63,950 nt of DNA from Malacoraja senta (lineage: Eukaryota). The notes under the pieces are model-generated. The model had not been told where the DNA came from and searched no databases. It saw only the letters and a program-made list of their open reading frames with translations. Location of the stretch: the NCBI GenBank assembly GCA_038087875.1, contig JAXLNO010003741.1:310001-373950 (forward strand), in the 5' to 3' direction. Of the stretch, positions 63,499-63,950 are shown piece after piece (the first letter of the stretch is position 1; each line of letters begins with the position of its first letter). The position numbers were made by a program, and so were the translations under genes.

Positions 63499-63950
63499 AC
63501 AATGCTTGGTTCATCGTTGTTGATGTCCAGAATTCACTGGGACACAAGAGACTGCTGATGCGGCACATGCATGAGCTGGAAATAGTGGATAGACCCTCAA
63601 TGCAGGAGCGAGAAGTGAATTTCTGGTGAAAATAAATTGATCAAGAAGCATTTGTGGAAGCTATGAGCGGATCCACTTTGAGGGTAAAGACCCCCTAAAC
63701 ATGACGAAATTATACATTAATAGATTAATGCAATAGATTGTTGAATTTGGATAATTCGCACGACCAGTAAAATTCAGAAGAAACGAATAGCAAGATTGTG
63801 TTTATTGGAATGATGTGCTTGGTGCTTCTAATACAGCAATTGAAAGAAACCCACATCTATTTGGACTGTATCGCTTGCTTTTAAACTCTTTGTGAATGTT
63901 CCTGCAAACTGACTCCTGTATTGCAGTTGCTTTCCGTGGCTGCACTTCCA

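Overview
Vertebrate genomic DNA, almost certainly from a cartilaginous fish (skate/ray-like repeat set: HE1/V-SINEs ending in (TAAAC)n, HER1-like CR1 LINEs, Penelope GIY-YIG elements, Rex1 and L1 LINEs), with three N-gaps. The first ~10 kb hold the last three coding exons of a + strand TRIM/B30.2 (PRY-SPRY) gene, with a full-length Passport-like IR/DR Tc1 transposon in its last intron. A consensus CTCF motif at ~13.05 kb coincides with a visible rise in CpG density. The rest is a tandem array of two-exon, GPR139/GPR142-like class A GPCR genes: a 70-nt first coding exon is split from a ~0.9-kb second exon by a phase-1 intron in TM1 (GIP|AN). Three copies look intact (321, 323 and 323 aa). There are also a frameshifted pseudo-exon 2, an orphan exon 1 with a lost start, an orphan open exon 2 and an internally deleted remnant, so at least 7 paralogous units under birth-and-death turnover, with a conserved proximal promoter block. 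The best candidate for an undescribed system is this expanded short-N-terminus GPCR family, possibly a chondrichthyan chemosensory/amino-acid receptor repertoire with interchangeable exon-1/exon-2 modules. A nested L1-in-L1 insertion also creates an in-frame 1015-codon RT-less chimeric ORF. Family names come from motif recognition and memory, not database searches.
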